Part shown: positions 38,329-47,223 of the stretch, piece after piece
Numbering within the stretch: position 1 is the first letter of the stretch
How the letters are laid out: each line of letters begins with the position of its first letter
Assembly (NCBI GenBank): GCA_050246755.1
Contig: JBFWVL010000004.1
Span: forward strand, 1 to 64,000
Reading direction: 5' to 3'
DNA: 64,000 nucleotides
Source: Bacteriovoracia bacterium
GTDB lineage: Bacteria > Bdellovibrionota > UBA1018 > CAIPTA01
The notes under the pieces: model-generated
Told to the model about the DNA's origin: nothing
Seen by the model: only the letters and a program-made list of their open reading frames with translations
The model's database searches: none
Made by a program: the position numbers and the translations under genes

Positions 38329-40763
38329 AAAAGCTGTTTCTAGCCATCGGGGCCATTTTCGTTGTTCTCTTGGTGGCCGTGATTAGCGTGCCGCTCTTTG
38401 TGGACGTGGACCAGTACCGGCCCACCATCACCGCCGAAGCTAATAAGCGAATGAATGGCCAGCTTGAGCTCGGCCGTCTCAAGCTTTCGCTCTGGGGCGC
38501 GATTAAGATCCATGCGGAATCCATCGTGGTGAAAGTGAACGGCTTCTCGGAACCCATGCTGGATACCCAGCAATTTCACCTAGAAATCCCTTTTCTCTCC
38601 GTGCTTTCGGGCCGCCCGCAGATCATCGCCGTGCTCGATGCGCCGAAAATTTCTATTCGCAAAGAGGCGAACGGAAAAATGAATATTCTCGAGCTCATGA
38701 AAGCTCCTGGGGCCTCCGCTGATGCCGGCTTTTCGGCTGAGACCGAGCAAGCCGCCGCTTCCGACCACGTGAGCAATATTTCGGGCGCGCCGAAAAAAAG
38801 CGCGCCGGCGGCTAAGGAAAATACCGCTCCTATTTCTGCCGCTGCCGTGCCGGCCGCCACTCCGGTTCCCTCCGCTCCCGTTGCCGCCACCCCTAGCGAG
38901 CCCACGAAGGTTCCCTCCATCGTGGCCGGCGCCCGCATCGGCCTCACCATCAATAAAGGCGAAGTGCACTATGTGGACGTACTCGGAAAAAGCAAATATG
39001 ACGTGAACGGCCTCGATCTCCAGGCCCGTAATCTAGGTCTCGGCTCCACCATGGATATTTCCCTCACGGCGCCGTTAAAGGGCGCCATGCCCGACCTCAC
39101 CTTCGAAGGTCCGGTCTCGCTGGATGCGAATATCACTCCGGTGCTCGTGAACAATATGGTGAAAAGCGTGAAGGGCACTCTTTCAGCCGATGCCACCAAA
39201 CTCGCCGTGGATATGAAAGGCGGTCTTTTTCACAAAACGCCGTCGATGACCTTTACCGCGAAAACTGAAGTAGACGGCAACGAGCACGAAACGTTGATCA
39301 AGAGCCTAGAAGTTCGATTTCATAACTTCCAAATTCACGGGAAAGGCCGTGCTACCGCCGAGCCGGTTACGGCGCAGGTGGAAGTCACCACCGAGCCGTT
39401 CCGTCTCAATGATATCCAGGAATTCGTGCCCATGGTGATGGGCTATCAGCTGAAGGGCTTGGGCGGGCTGAACGTTAAGCTCGACTATAACCCTCATGGT
39501 ATTCGCGCGAATGGCGACGTTAGCGTGAAAGACGGATCTTTTTTTATGAAGGATGTGCTGAAGGCGCCCATGGATTTTCAGCTTCAGGGCGGATTTTCGG
39601 AAAATACCTTCAATCTCGTGCGGGCTTCTATCAGCGCGCCCGATTCGGATGTGCAGCTCGTGGGCGACGTAAAGAATTTTCTGGCGCCCCAGTTTGCCTT
39701 CTCGCTTTCTGGCAAAAGCTTCAACGTAGATAAAACGCTCGTGCTTCCCGCCGCCGGTGTGCCCGCGAAAACGGCGATGGTTTCCTGGATTGCCGAAGCC
39801 TTCGCGGAAGAGAAGAAGCCTTCCGAGGTAAATCCCATGCTCCCCCTAGCGAAGAACCCGGTGATGATGAATGCCTCGGGCACACTCGTGGGCAAGCTAA
39901 ATCGCGTGGTCGCTTACGGGGCCAATTTTGACGACGTGCACGTGAAGTCCCGTCTGCAGAATATGGTGCTCTACGTGCCGGAAGCCAGCCTGAAAACCTT
40001 CGGCGGCTCGGTGAAAGCTAATGCCGAGGCCGATCTGAAGGTGCCGGCGCTTACCTATAAAACCTCGGGTAGCATGGCCGGGATATCCGCTAAAGAGGCG
40101 TTTGCCTCGTATTTCCCCAAATACAAAAATACCCTCGAGGCCACCACCGACGCTACCTGGAATATAACGGGAGCCACCTATCCGCCGGCAATTCGCATGC
40201 GTTCGATCAGAGGCACCGCGAAATTATTGGCCAAGGATGGAGCCATCAAGTCCGTGGACTTCCAGGGCACCATCAATTCCGCCACCGATAAAGTGCCTTT
40301 CCTTAAGGGGAAGAAGGTGCAGATTGATGAAGGTTTCAAGACGCTCACCGCAGACTTGCGGTTCGATGCCGGAAATATCTACGTGGAGCCGATGGAAATG
40401 CAGCCGCGCGGAAAAGGATTCGTGATCAAGGGTAAATCCACGATCGCCGAAAATCTGGAGCAGGACTCTTACCTGGATCTATTTGATCCTCAAGGAATCT
40501 TGCCCAAGGAATTCCAAGCTCCGGGCAAACCCGCGATTGCCCTGCACCTCACCGGGCCGCTCACGGGCCCTCGTACCGACTATGAATATACCGTGAAGAA
40601 GCTCGCGGGCACCGCCGGGAAAAACGTACTGAAGGATCAGGCGTCGAAAGCACTTGGAAAATTCCTGGGCGGCGATGCCAATAAAACCGACGGCCAGAGC
40701 GGCAAGCAGGACGCCCTGAAAGACGCGGCCGATAAGCTCAAAAAGAAATTCTTTAAGTTCTAG
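38325..40763 (+). CDS. AsmA family protein
   Basis: N-terminal TM then beta-rich repeats, AsmA-like termini. Confidence 0.8.
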   Translation: MKKLFLAIGAIFVVLLVAVISVPLFVDVDQYRPTITAEANKRMNGQLELGRLKLSLWGAIKIHAESIVVKVNGFSEPMLDTQQFHLEIPFLSVLSGRPQIIAVLDAPKISIRKEANGKMNILELMKAPGASADAGFSAETEQAAASDHVSNISGAPKKSAPAAKENTAPISAAAVPAATPVPSAPVAATPSEPTKVPSIVAGARIGLTINKGEVHYVDVLGKSKYDVNGLDLQARNLGLGSTMDISLTAPLKGAMPDLTFEGPVSLDANITPVLVNNMVKSVKGTLSADATKLAVDMKGGLFHKTPSMTFTAKTEVDGNEHETLIKSLEVRFHNFQIHGKGRATAEPVTAQVEVTTEPFRLNDIQEFVPMVMGYQLKGLGGLNVKLDYNPHGIRANGDVSVKDGSFFMKDVLKAPMDFQLQGGFSENTFNLVRASISAPDSDVQLVGDVKNFLAPQFAFSLSGKSFNVDKTLVLPAAGVPAKTAMVSWIAEAFAEEKKPSEVNPMLPLAKNPVMMNASGTLVGKLNRVVAYGANFDDVHVKSRLQNMVLYVPEASLKTFGGSVKANAEADLKVPALTYKTSGSMAGISAKEAFASYFPKYKNTLEATTDATWNITGATYPPAIRMRSIRGTAKLLAKDGAIKSVDFQGTINSATDKVPFLKGKKVQIDEGFKTLTADLRFDAGNIYVEPMEMQPRGKGFVIKGKSTIAENLEQDSYLDLFDPQGILPKEFQAPGKPAIALHLTGPLTGPRTDYEYTVKKLAGTAGKNVLKDQASKALGKFLGGDANKTDGQSGKQDALKDAADKLKKKFFKF

Positions 40764-41681
40764 ATGGCACTCCGGGCGGGCATTGATATCGGCACCAATA
40801 CCATTCTTCTCCTCGTGGCCGAGGTGGAGAATGGTAAGATCACTCGCGTGTACGAAGATAACGTGCGCGTGGTGCGGCTCGGACAGGGCGTAGACCAGAA
40901 CCGCGCCTTTCATCCCGATGCCCTCGAAAGAGCGCGCGCTTGCTTCCAGGACTATAGCGATCGGCTAAAAAAATACCCCGGCATCGAGGTTCGTGCCGTG
41001 GCCACCTCGGGATCCCGTGACGCAAAGAATAGCCCTGAGTTTTTCGAGGAAGTGCGCGCGAAGTACGGTATTCCCGTGCGAGTGATCAGCGGAGAAGAAG
41101 AAGCGCTGCTTTCCTTTAAGGGTGCGCTTCCTGATGGCATAAAAGATCCTCACTCGATCGCCGTACTGGATATCGGCGGGGGATCCACCGAAGCCGTTGG
41201 CCTCAGGCCAAATTCAGATTCTGAGTTATTTCGTTATAGCTTCGATATGGGTTGTGTGCGCCTCAGCGAGCGTTATCTAAAGTCGAATCCGCCTCTAGCT
41301 TCGCAGATCCAAGAGCTAGTTACTTTCGTGAAAGTGGATTTAGCTAAAAAGCCAGAGATTCTCGACGCGCTAAAGGGCAGAACCTTGGTGGCGGTGGCGG
41401 GCACGGCTACCTACCTCGCTTCGGCGAGCCTCGGCCTGACGAGATTCGATCCCGAAAAGGTACATGGGCATATTCTTACGCGCGCGGCGATTCAGGAGCT
41501 GATCGCGAAGTTCGCGAAACTTACTTCGGAGCAAAGGCTCGGGCTGGGCGGAATGGATAAGGGCAGAGCCGACGTGATTCTCGCCGGCGCCCTCATCCTC
41601 GACGAAGTATTGGCACGTGCCGGTTTGTCCAGCGTGCAGGTTTCGGTGCGCGGGCTCCGCTATGGGGCGGTGCTCGTCTAA
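40764..41681 (+). CDS. Ppx/GppA family phosphatase
   Basis: IDIGTNT, DIGGGSTE, RADVI, GLRYG. Confidence 0.93.
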   Translation: MALRAGIDIGTNTILLLVAEVENGKITRVYEDNVRVVRLGQGVDQNRAFHPDALERARACFQDYSDRLKKYPGIEVRAVATSGSRDAKNSPEFFEEVRAKYGIPVRVISGEEEALLSFKGALPDGIKDPHSIAVLDIGGGSTEAVGLRPNSDSELFRYSFDMGCVRLSERYLKSNPPLASQIQELVTFVKVDLAKKPEILDALKGRTLVAVAGTATYLASASLGLTRFDPEKVHGHILTRAAIQELIAKFAKLTSEQRLGLGGMDKGRADVILAGALILDEVLARAGLSSVQVSVRGLRYGAVLV

Positions 41682-41683
41682 AA

Positions 41684-41941
41684 CTACTGGCCGTAATTAC
41701 GCGTGAACGCCGCTCGCTGGCCGCGCTCTAAAGCCGCGCGGGATTCTTCCTCACGGGAGGGGCGGCGGCTAGGCGTGGCTTGGCGCGCCGGGCGCAGTTC
41801 CGCTTCGAGCCGGTGGGCAAGATGGGGATCGCGCTTACGCACGTTCGCGAGGATTTTCTCGCGAAAGGCCGCATCGGAACGATTGAGCATTTCTAGGACA
41901 CTGCCGAATCCGTCAAACGGAATACCTTCGTTCTTGCTCAT
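41684..41941 (-). CDS. small FliG-like helical domain protein
   Basis: DGFGSVLEML...REKILANVRKRDPHLA. Confidence 0.6.
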   Translation of the reverse strand: MSKNEGIPFDGFGSVLEMLNRSDAAFREKILANVRKRDPHLAHRLEAELRPARQATPSRRPSREEESRAALERGQRAAFTRNYGQ

Positions 41942-42345
41942 GCTTTCCCCTTCTTGGTGATGTTTTCGTTGGAAACTAATTGTTCTTCGCGGATGGAGCT
42001 GAGTTTTTTCTCTCCCTGAATGCGCAGCTGATCCGCCTGTAAGCGGTAGGTGTCCTGGGCCTGCTTCAGGTTTATTTCATTTTGCTGGGAGAGCTGAGCG
42101 AGGCGCTGGGCTTGGCTGGAATTCAGCTCGTCCATCTTTCGGGTGAATTCTTCTTGCTGGGCGCCGAGCTCTACGCGAAAAGCGTTGGCCGTCGTTTTCA
42201 TGTCCCGCTCGTGCTTTTCCACGAGGGCTCTCATCTCTTCGTCTTGTTTCTTCTTGGTTTCGCGGAGCCTATAGTTGCTTTCTTGCTGCAAGCGCTCGGC
42301 GTCGGATACTTGCGCGGGGCGAGGGGTGCTATTTGCGGTTTCCAT
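41938..42345 (-). CDS. hypothetical coiled-coil protein
   Basis: Q/E/K-rich heptads; AGGAGG RBS; ATGA overlap with next gene. Confidence 0.75.
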   Translation of the reverse strand: METANSTPRPAQVSDAERLQQESNYRLRETKKKQDEEMRALVEKHERDMKTTANAFRVELGAQQEEFTRKMDELNSSQAQRLAQLSQQNEINLKQAQDTYRLQADQLRIQGEKKLSSIREEQLVSNENITKKGKA

Positions 42346-42429
42346 GTGGCCTCCTGCCAGAAAAAAGGGGGCCCAATCCTAGGCACCTTTCTTTCATTAT
42401 ACGAGGGGAAGAGATAGTTTGGAAAGAAG

Positions 42430-43347
42430 ATGTGGAATTTTCAGGCACCAAAGGCGGATAGAATAGATCGGTTGCTCCGGGAGGCGAAGCTGCCGGGTTC
42501 GGAATGGCTGAGCCGCAGCGCTTTCGACGCTTTAATCGAAGCGGGCTGGGTTTCCGTGCAAGGCAAGCGTGTAAAAAAGTCGGGAGAAATGGTGGCGCCT
42601 GGCCAAGAGATCGCCGTGCAATTGCCTCAATTGGGTTTGTTGAGATCAGAGCACCCGGCCGAATTGTTGTGGATGGATCCTTCGCGAAAGCTGGCCTTAT
42701 TCAATAAGGTGGCCGGGATTGCTTCTTATCCTCTTCTGCCGTGGGAGAATGATACTTTTGCGAATCGCGTGGCCACAATCCTCGCCGAATCCGGTACGCC
42801 GGCAGAAGATTTTGCCGCCCTCGCGGAAGCGCCGAAACTCGAAGGCGGGCTGCTCCAGCGCCTCGATCGCGATACCAGCGGAATTCTCGCGGTGGCACTC
42901 GCTAAAGAAGTGAAGGCTGCGTTGCGAGAGGCCTTCGGCGCCGGAAAATTTCGTAAAACCTACTTGGCTGTGGTGGCGGGTGCGCCCGCTGAAGGGGAAT
43001 ATTCCTTCGAGTTGAGGGATTCGGGAAAAGTGGCGGCGAAGGAATCGAGCGCCGGCACCACGAAGCTTATGGTAAAGAAAAGGAAGAGTGGCGATGGATT
43101 CTCTCTCGTGGAGATATCTACGGCCCAGGGTTCCCGCCACGTGGTGCGGGCCTGTATGGCGGCACTGGGCAAGCCCCTGGTAGGAGATACCACCTACGGT
43201 GGAAGCGATAGGGCGCCTTTTCATCAGCTGCATGCGTTGAGCCTGGAGCTTCTGGAAGGCAGGCTTTTCCCCGGTTTTCCCAGTGGTTTGGAGGCGCCGA
43301 TTCCCCAAAGCTTTCTGGATTGTCTGACAAAGCTGGGGATAGACTAA
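42430..43347 (+). CDS. RluA/RluD-family pseudouridine synthase with S4 domain
   Basis: QRLDRDTSG, KTYLA, PLVGD, LHA. Confidence 0.9.
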   Translation: MWNFQAPKADRIDRLLREAKLPGSEWLSRSAFDALIEAGWVSVQGKRVKKSGEMVAPGQEIAVQLPQLGLLRSEHPAELLWMDPSRKLALFNKVAGIASYPLLPWENDTFANRVATILAESGTPAEDFAALAEAPKLEGGLLQRLDRDTSGILAVALAKEVKAALREAFGAGKFRKTYLAVVAGAPAEGEYSFELRDSGKVAAKESSAGTTKLMVKKRKSGDGFSLVEISTAQGSRHVVRACMAALGKPLVGDTTYGGSDRAPFHQLHALSLELLEGRLFPGFPSGLEAPIPQSFLDCLTKLGID

Positions 43348-43351
43348 GCCA

Positions 43352-43843
43352 ATGAAGGCTGAAGGCTTACTTTCGAGCAAAGAACTCTACCGGGCCCTGG
43401 AAAATGCGGCCGTAGACCTCTATGGGTTCGGCGTGGTCTGCCAAGCGGGAGTTGCCTGGCTGGCGGAGCCGGACTTGCTCGATACTCTTCTGCTCGGTCT
43501 CGAAAATTTTTGGTTTACCGAAAACGAATCGGGCCTCCTTTCTCACCAAGAATTCCGGGAAGAGTTTTTTCGCTCGGTTTGGGAAAAGGGCAAGGGCCGC
43601 AAGACCGAGCCTCAGGGCGGAGCGGAAGTTCCGTTGGGCCACGAAGAGATGGCTTTTTATCAGCTCTCCCAGCTGGCGCGGGCGGCAACCTATTTGCGTA
43701 CCCGGAAAGGAATGCCTTATTCGAGCATCGCTTTGATTTTGGGCTACAGCGAAGACCAGGTAAAAAAAGAGATCGAGAAGGCTCGGGAATATTTGTTGGG
43801 CCGGAGCCTGCGCGATTTTAACTGGTCGGAGGAAGACTTTTGA
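43352..43843 (+). CDS. degenerate ECF sigma-like protein
   Basis: region-4-like LS..ARAATYLR..GMPYSSIALILG..EDQVKK..AR. Confidence 0.65.
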   Translation: MKAEGLLSSKELYRALENAAVDLYGFGVVCQAGVAWLAEPDLLDTLLLGLENFWFTENESGLLSHQEFREEFFRSVWEKGKGRKTEPQGGAEVPLGHEEMAFYQLSQLARAATYLRTRKGMPYSSIALILGYSEDQVKKEIEKAREYLLGRSLRDFNWSEEDF

Positions 43844-44199
43844 AGTTACCCGACCGCCAAGAATTTTTAGATTATGCCGAAGGAGCGGCGGGCCAAGATG
43901 CCGAAGTTCAGCGGCAGATTCTCAAGCTGCTGGCTTCCAGCCCGGTAATTCGCGAGCAGCTGGCCGAGCTCAAGCGGGACCTTTACCTGGCTTCCGTGCA
44001 GGTGCCGGACTATATCCCTTCCGCCGAGTTCGGTGCGGAAATTGCGCGGCTCACCCAATCTTGGGCGCAGCTCGCCTATACCCGAAAATTCTCGCTGAAG
44101 AATTTTCACCGGAGCCGTGAGTTTTTCAATCTGCTTTTATTCCTCGCCGCCGCCGCTCTGCTTGTGCTCGCCGGAATCGGGATCAAGATTTTAACCTGA
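43840..44199 (+). CDS. putative membrane-anchored anti-sigma-like protein
   Basis: FLDYAEG helical N-domain, C-terminal TM; overlaps sigma-like gene. Confidence 0.6.
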   Translation: MKLPDRQEFLDYAEGAAGQDAEVQRQILKLLASSPVIREQLAELKRDLYLASVQVPDYIPSAEFGAEIARLTQSWAQLAYTRKFSLKNFHRSREFFNLLLFLAAAALLVLAGIGIKILT

Positions 44200-44249
44200 G
44201 GCGAAGCTTTGCTTTTAGTTTCTATCGCGCCGGAATTTTAAGAAAAATT

Positions 44250-44389
44250 TATTTAGAAGGGGGGCAAAAGGTCGCTTTTCCCGAAGCAAGAATCTTTCGA
44301 TGGAGGGGAATATTCCTTTAGGTGGCAAGGAATTAAAAGACGCCCCAGGAAAAACGACCTTTTGCTTAGCTAAATTCTTTTTAGCTATG
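44250..44389 (-). ncRNA. candidate sigma54-dependent structured small RNA (ends approximate)
   Basis: 5' hairpin plus 25-bp stem (20 WC + 5 G.U, wobble only on minus strand); no ATG-initiated ORF; starts about 12 nt after sigma54 box. Confidence 0.7.
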
Positions 44390-44399
44390 AACCCTATAG

Positions 44400-44415
44400 A
44401 GCAACAGCCATGCCA
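44400..44415 (-). promoter_or_regulatory. sigma54 -24/-12 promoter
   Basis: TGGCATG-GCTG-TTGCT matches TGGCAYG-N4-TTGCW. Confidence 0.85.
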
Positions 44416-44461
44416 GGTTTTTGTTTAGCGCTTGTTAAAGTAAAAATTTGGCAAGCGGGGC

Positions 44462-44474
44462 TAAGTGCTTGAAA
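44462..44474 (-). promoter_or_regulatory. IHF-like site
   Basis: TTTCAAGCACTTA vs WATCAANNNNTTR (1 mismatch), adjacent A/T tract. Confidence 0.55.
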
Positions 44475-44529
44475 TAAAAAGAGCGGAAAAAATAAAAAAT
44501 CACGCCGCATCAAGCTATTTTGCGGGCTT

Positions 44530-44590
44530 CGGTTCCAATCTGGGTGGGGACAAAGAAGGGGCGCTCAGGCATGGTTTCAGATTGGAACCA
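44530..44590. promoter_or_regulatory. tandem dyad sites, candidate enhancer (UAS) for a sigma54 activator
   Basis: tggtttca-gat-tggaacca (44572-44590) and inverted 12-bp copy ggttccaatctg (44531-44542). Confidence 0.6.
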
Positions 44591-44595
44591 ATCTT

Positions 44596-45396
44596 TTAGC
44601 CGTAGAGGAATTCATTCGTGAGTTTCACGAATAGGGCAGGGTCTTCCACGTTGGTGCTATGGCCGCGTCCCGGGATCTCATAAAAGCGGCCATTCGGCAG
44701 GAGATTAGCCAATTCCTGGGATAGATTTTTGGGCAAAACGGAGTCGAACTCACCGTGTAGGACCAGTACGGGTTGCTTCACTTTGGGGAGCTCGTTGGTT
44801 ACGTCGGTTACGTTCAGGGCTTTCGGAACCCCGTGCCAGACTAAGGGATGCACGCCGAATGCATCCGAAACGAGCTGTTCTTTCAGCTCCTCACTTACCT
44901 GGGCCTGGTAGATCGTACCCATCATCACGAGTTCGCAGAACGCGCGGTCTTGGCTCATTTGGGTGAAGGCCGCGAACATTTCCGGCGGGAACTGGATTCC
45001 TTTGTGGGACACGGGATCCAGCAATACGGCTCTTTCGTAGAGTCCTGGGTTCTGGCTCATCGCCACGAGGCCGATCAGGCCACCGGTGGAATGGCCCACT
45101 AAACGAGCTTTTTGTATTTTTAGCGAATGGAGCAGGGCATTCGCGTCGGTGGAGAGCACTTCAGGGGCGAGGTCCTTTTCTAAACCAGGCCCTGAGCTTT
45201 TCCCGCAACCCCGCCATTCGGCCAGGATAATTCGGCCTTTCAGGTTAGGCTTCGCGTTCGCGCGCCATACTTCTACGGCGGGTTGCCACCAGGCGTTCGA
45301 GGCAAGGTTTCCGTGCAAAAAAAGCGTGTCGGAGGGAACGAGACCCTCAAGAATTTCGTAGTGGAGCTGAATGCCGTCGCGTTCGAGAAAGGGCAT
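44596..45396 (-). CDS. alpha/beta hydrolase
   Basis: FLHGN, GHSTGG, GEFD, GH triad motifs. Confidence 0.92.
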   Translation of the reverse strand: MPFLERDGIQLHYEILEGLVPSDTLFLHGNLASNAWWQPAVEVWRANAKPNLKGRIILAEWRGCGKSSGPGLEKDLAPEVLSTDANALLHSLKIQKARLVGHSTGGLIGLVAMSQNPGLYERAVLLDPVSHKGIQFPPEMFAAFTQMSQDRAFCELVMMGTIYQAQVSEELKEQLVSDAFGVHPLVWHGVPKALNVTDVTNELPKVKQPVLVLHGEFDSVLPKNLSQELANLLPNGRFYEIPGRGHSTNVEDPALFVKLTNEFLYG

Positions 45397-46376
45397 TAGG
45401 GCTTTCGCAGGGTGATTTCCGCGTCTTCCGACTTGGCTAAATTATCCCAGGTAGAGCCAGTGAAGATCCGGCCTGCGGAAATTTTAGGATTGTTGGCGAT
45501 GATCTCGGCCACCCAGGCGGCGGAGTATTCCGGAATGGCTTCCGGGATCTTATGCTCGGTGAAGGAAATATTGATCCGGCTGGCACGCGTAGAATTGGGA
45601 ACCGCGCTCCAGAATGCCTCGAGGGCTTCCTTATCCAGGTACTGGTCTTGATTGGCCACCATTAAATGAACGGAATTAGTGGGCAAAAGATGGGCAACCT
45701 TTGTGGCCGAGAACTTACGGATTCCTTGAACCATGCGGAATACGGCCTCGAGTTTAAAAGGATTTTCCAGAACCACGGGCTCAGCGGAAGGGTAGGTGGA
45801 GTAGATGAGATTACGCAAAAAGAAATCGTAGAGTTCGTCGTCGGTGGCGGGATTCCAGGGATTCATCATGCGCGTGGCTTTCACTTGCGAATGAATCCAG
45901 CGGTCCTGCGAAGCCACCGCTTCCGTATAGGGAGCCATCAAAATTAGCTTTTCTACTTCGTGGGGATAGCGCGCGGCGAACGCCACGGCCACGCCGCTGC
46001 CGTAGGAGAGTCCTACTAAGTTCGCGCGGTTAAGCCCAAAATGCTGAAGCAATAAATGCAGTTCTTCCACTTGATCGTCGAGAGAGATCGTATAGGAAAC
46101 GGGGAGCTTCGCGGTGAAAAGCGTTTGCCCCATGCCTTTCATGTCGTAGCGGAGGATTCCGGTACCGGGAGAGAGCTTCGCGAGCGGCTCGGCAAATTTC
46201 CGCCAAGTTCCGGTGGTATAGGTCAGGCCATTCAGCAGCACTACCGTGGGTTGGCCGGGGTTAGGCTTAAGGTAGTCCACGTACACTTGGTTTCCGTCCG
46301 GCAAAGCCACGAGTGACTCCACGCGGTTTCCGGCGAAGGCAGTTAATGAGCCCACGAGCAGCAGTAATAATCCCAT
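45396..46376 (-). CDS. secreted alpha/beta hydrolase
   Basis: signal peptide, LLNG, GLSYG, DQY, EHK. Confidence 0.88.
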   Translation of the reverse strand: MGLLLLLVGSLTAFAGNRVESLVALPDGNQVYVDYLKPNPGQPTVVLLNGLTYTTGTWRKFAEPLAKLSPGTGILRYDMKGMGQTLFTAKLPVSYTISLDDQVEELHLLLQHFGLNRANLVGLSYGSGVAVAFAARYPHEVEKLILMAPYTEAVASQDRWIHSQVKATRMMNPWNPATDDELYDFFLRNLIYSTYPSAEPVVLENPFKLEAVFRMVQGIRKFSATKVAHLLPTNSVHLMVANQDQYLDKEALEAFWSAVPNSTRASRINISFTEHKIPEAIPEYSAAWVAEIIANNPKISAGRIFTGSTWDNLAKSEDAEITLRKP

Positions 46377-46418
46377 GATGAATGTCCCCCTCAGAACAGT
46401 CGAAAGAACAGAAAACGA

Positions 46419-47165
46419 TTAGAGCGTGAGCGCGCCGTCTACGCTGAGCACGGTACCAGAAATATAACCGGCTTCGTCGCTCGCCAAAAAGAGGCAAGCG
46501 CGCGCGATGTCGGCGGTGGTTCCGAGCTTTTGCAATGGCACTTTCGCGGCCATTTGCTGCAATACTTCGGGGGGCATCGACTCCGTCATCTTCGTTTGGA
46601 TGAATCCGGGGGCTACCGCGTTCACGGTGAAGCCGGAGCGGGCGAATTCACGGGCCCACGTTTTCGTCATGCCGATCACGCCGGCTTTTGCGGCCGCGTA
46701 ATTGGTTTGTCCAAAATTTCCGTAAAGAGCCACGACGCTCGAAATATTGATGATGCGCTTCGGAGCAGTACCCGCCGTAAATTTTTCGAACACGCTTTTG
46801 GTCACGTGGAAAAGACCGCTCAAGTTGGTGGCGATCACGGCGTCCCATTCTTCGGCACCCATTTTTTTGAAGCTCTTATCGCGGGTAATGCCCGCGTTGT
46901 TCACTAGGATATCGAGGGTGAAGGGCAGGGCATTGGCGGCTTCCAAGCAAGAAGCGGCTTTACTCACGTCTACCTTCGCCACGGTAAGTTGATCTTTATA
47001 AGCAGAAAGTTCCAGTTGCGCGCTGGCGAGCGCCGCTTCGGAATAATCCCAGATCGCCACTTTAGCGCCCGCCCGGAGAAAGCTTTTTGCGATCTCGAAG
47101 CCGATGCCTTGGGCGCCGCCGGTTACAACTGCCGATTTGCCTTTGAATTGGTATTGAATATTCAC
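46419..47165 (-). CDS. FabG/PhaB-like 3-oxoacyl reductase (SDR); start uncertain (47165 or 47195)
   Basis: TGGAQGIG, NNAGITRD, GQTNYAAAKAG. Confidence 0.92.
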   Translation of the reverse strand: MNIQYQFKGKSAVVTGGAQGIGFEIAKSFLRAGAKVAIWDYSEAALASAQLELSAYKDQLTVAKVDVSKAASCLEAANALPFTLDILVNNAGITRDKSFKKMGAEEWDAVIATNLSGLFHVTKSVFEKFTAGTAPKRIINISSVVALYGNFGQTNYAAAKAGVIGMTKTWAREFARSGFTVNAVAPGFIQTKMTESMPPEVLQQMAAKVPLQKLGTTADIARACLFLASDEAGYISGTVLSVDGALTL

Positions 47166-47195
47166 GCTTGGGTGATATACCCGTGGCGTTTGCAT

Positions 47196-47209
47196 AGTGT
47201 CAAGACACT
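47196..47209. promoter_or_regulatory. operator-like inverted repeat between divergent SDR and KAS III genes
   Basis: AGTGTC-AA-GACACT overlapping a minus-strand TTGACA. Confidence 0.5.
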
Positions 47210-47223
47210 GTTAGGGGGATTTC

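Noticed and set aside
44250-44390. SRP RNA, 6S RNA or c-di-GMP-I riboswitch identity for the hairpin
   Set aside because: No SRP GGAA-loop motif, too short and no central bubble for 6S, GEMM core not matched
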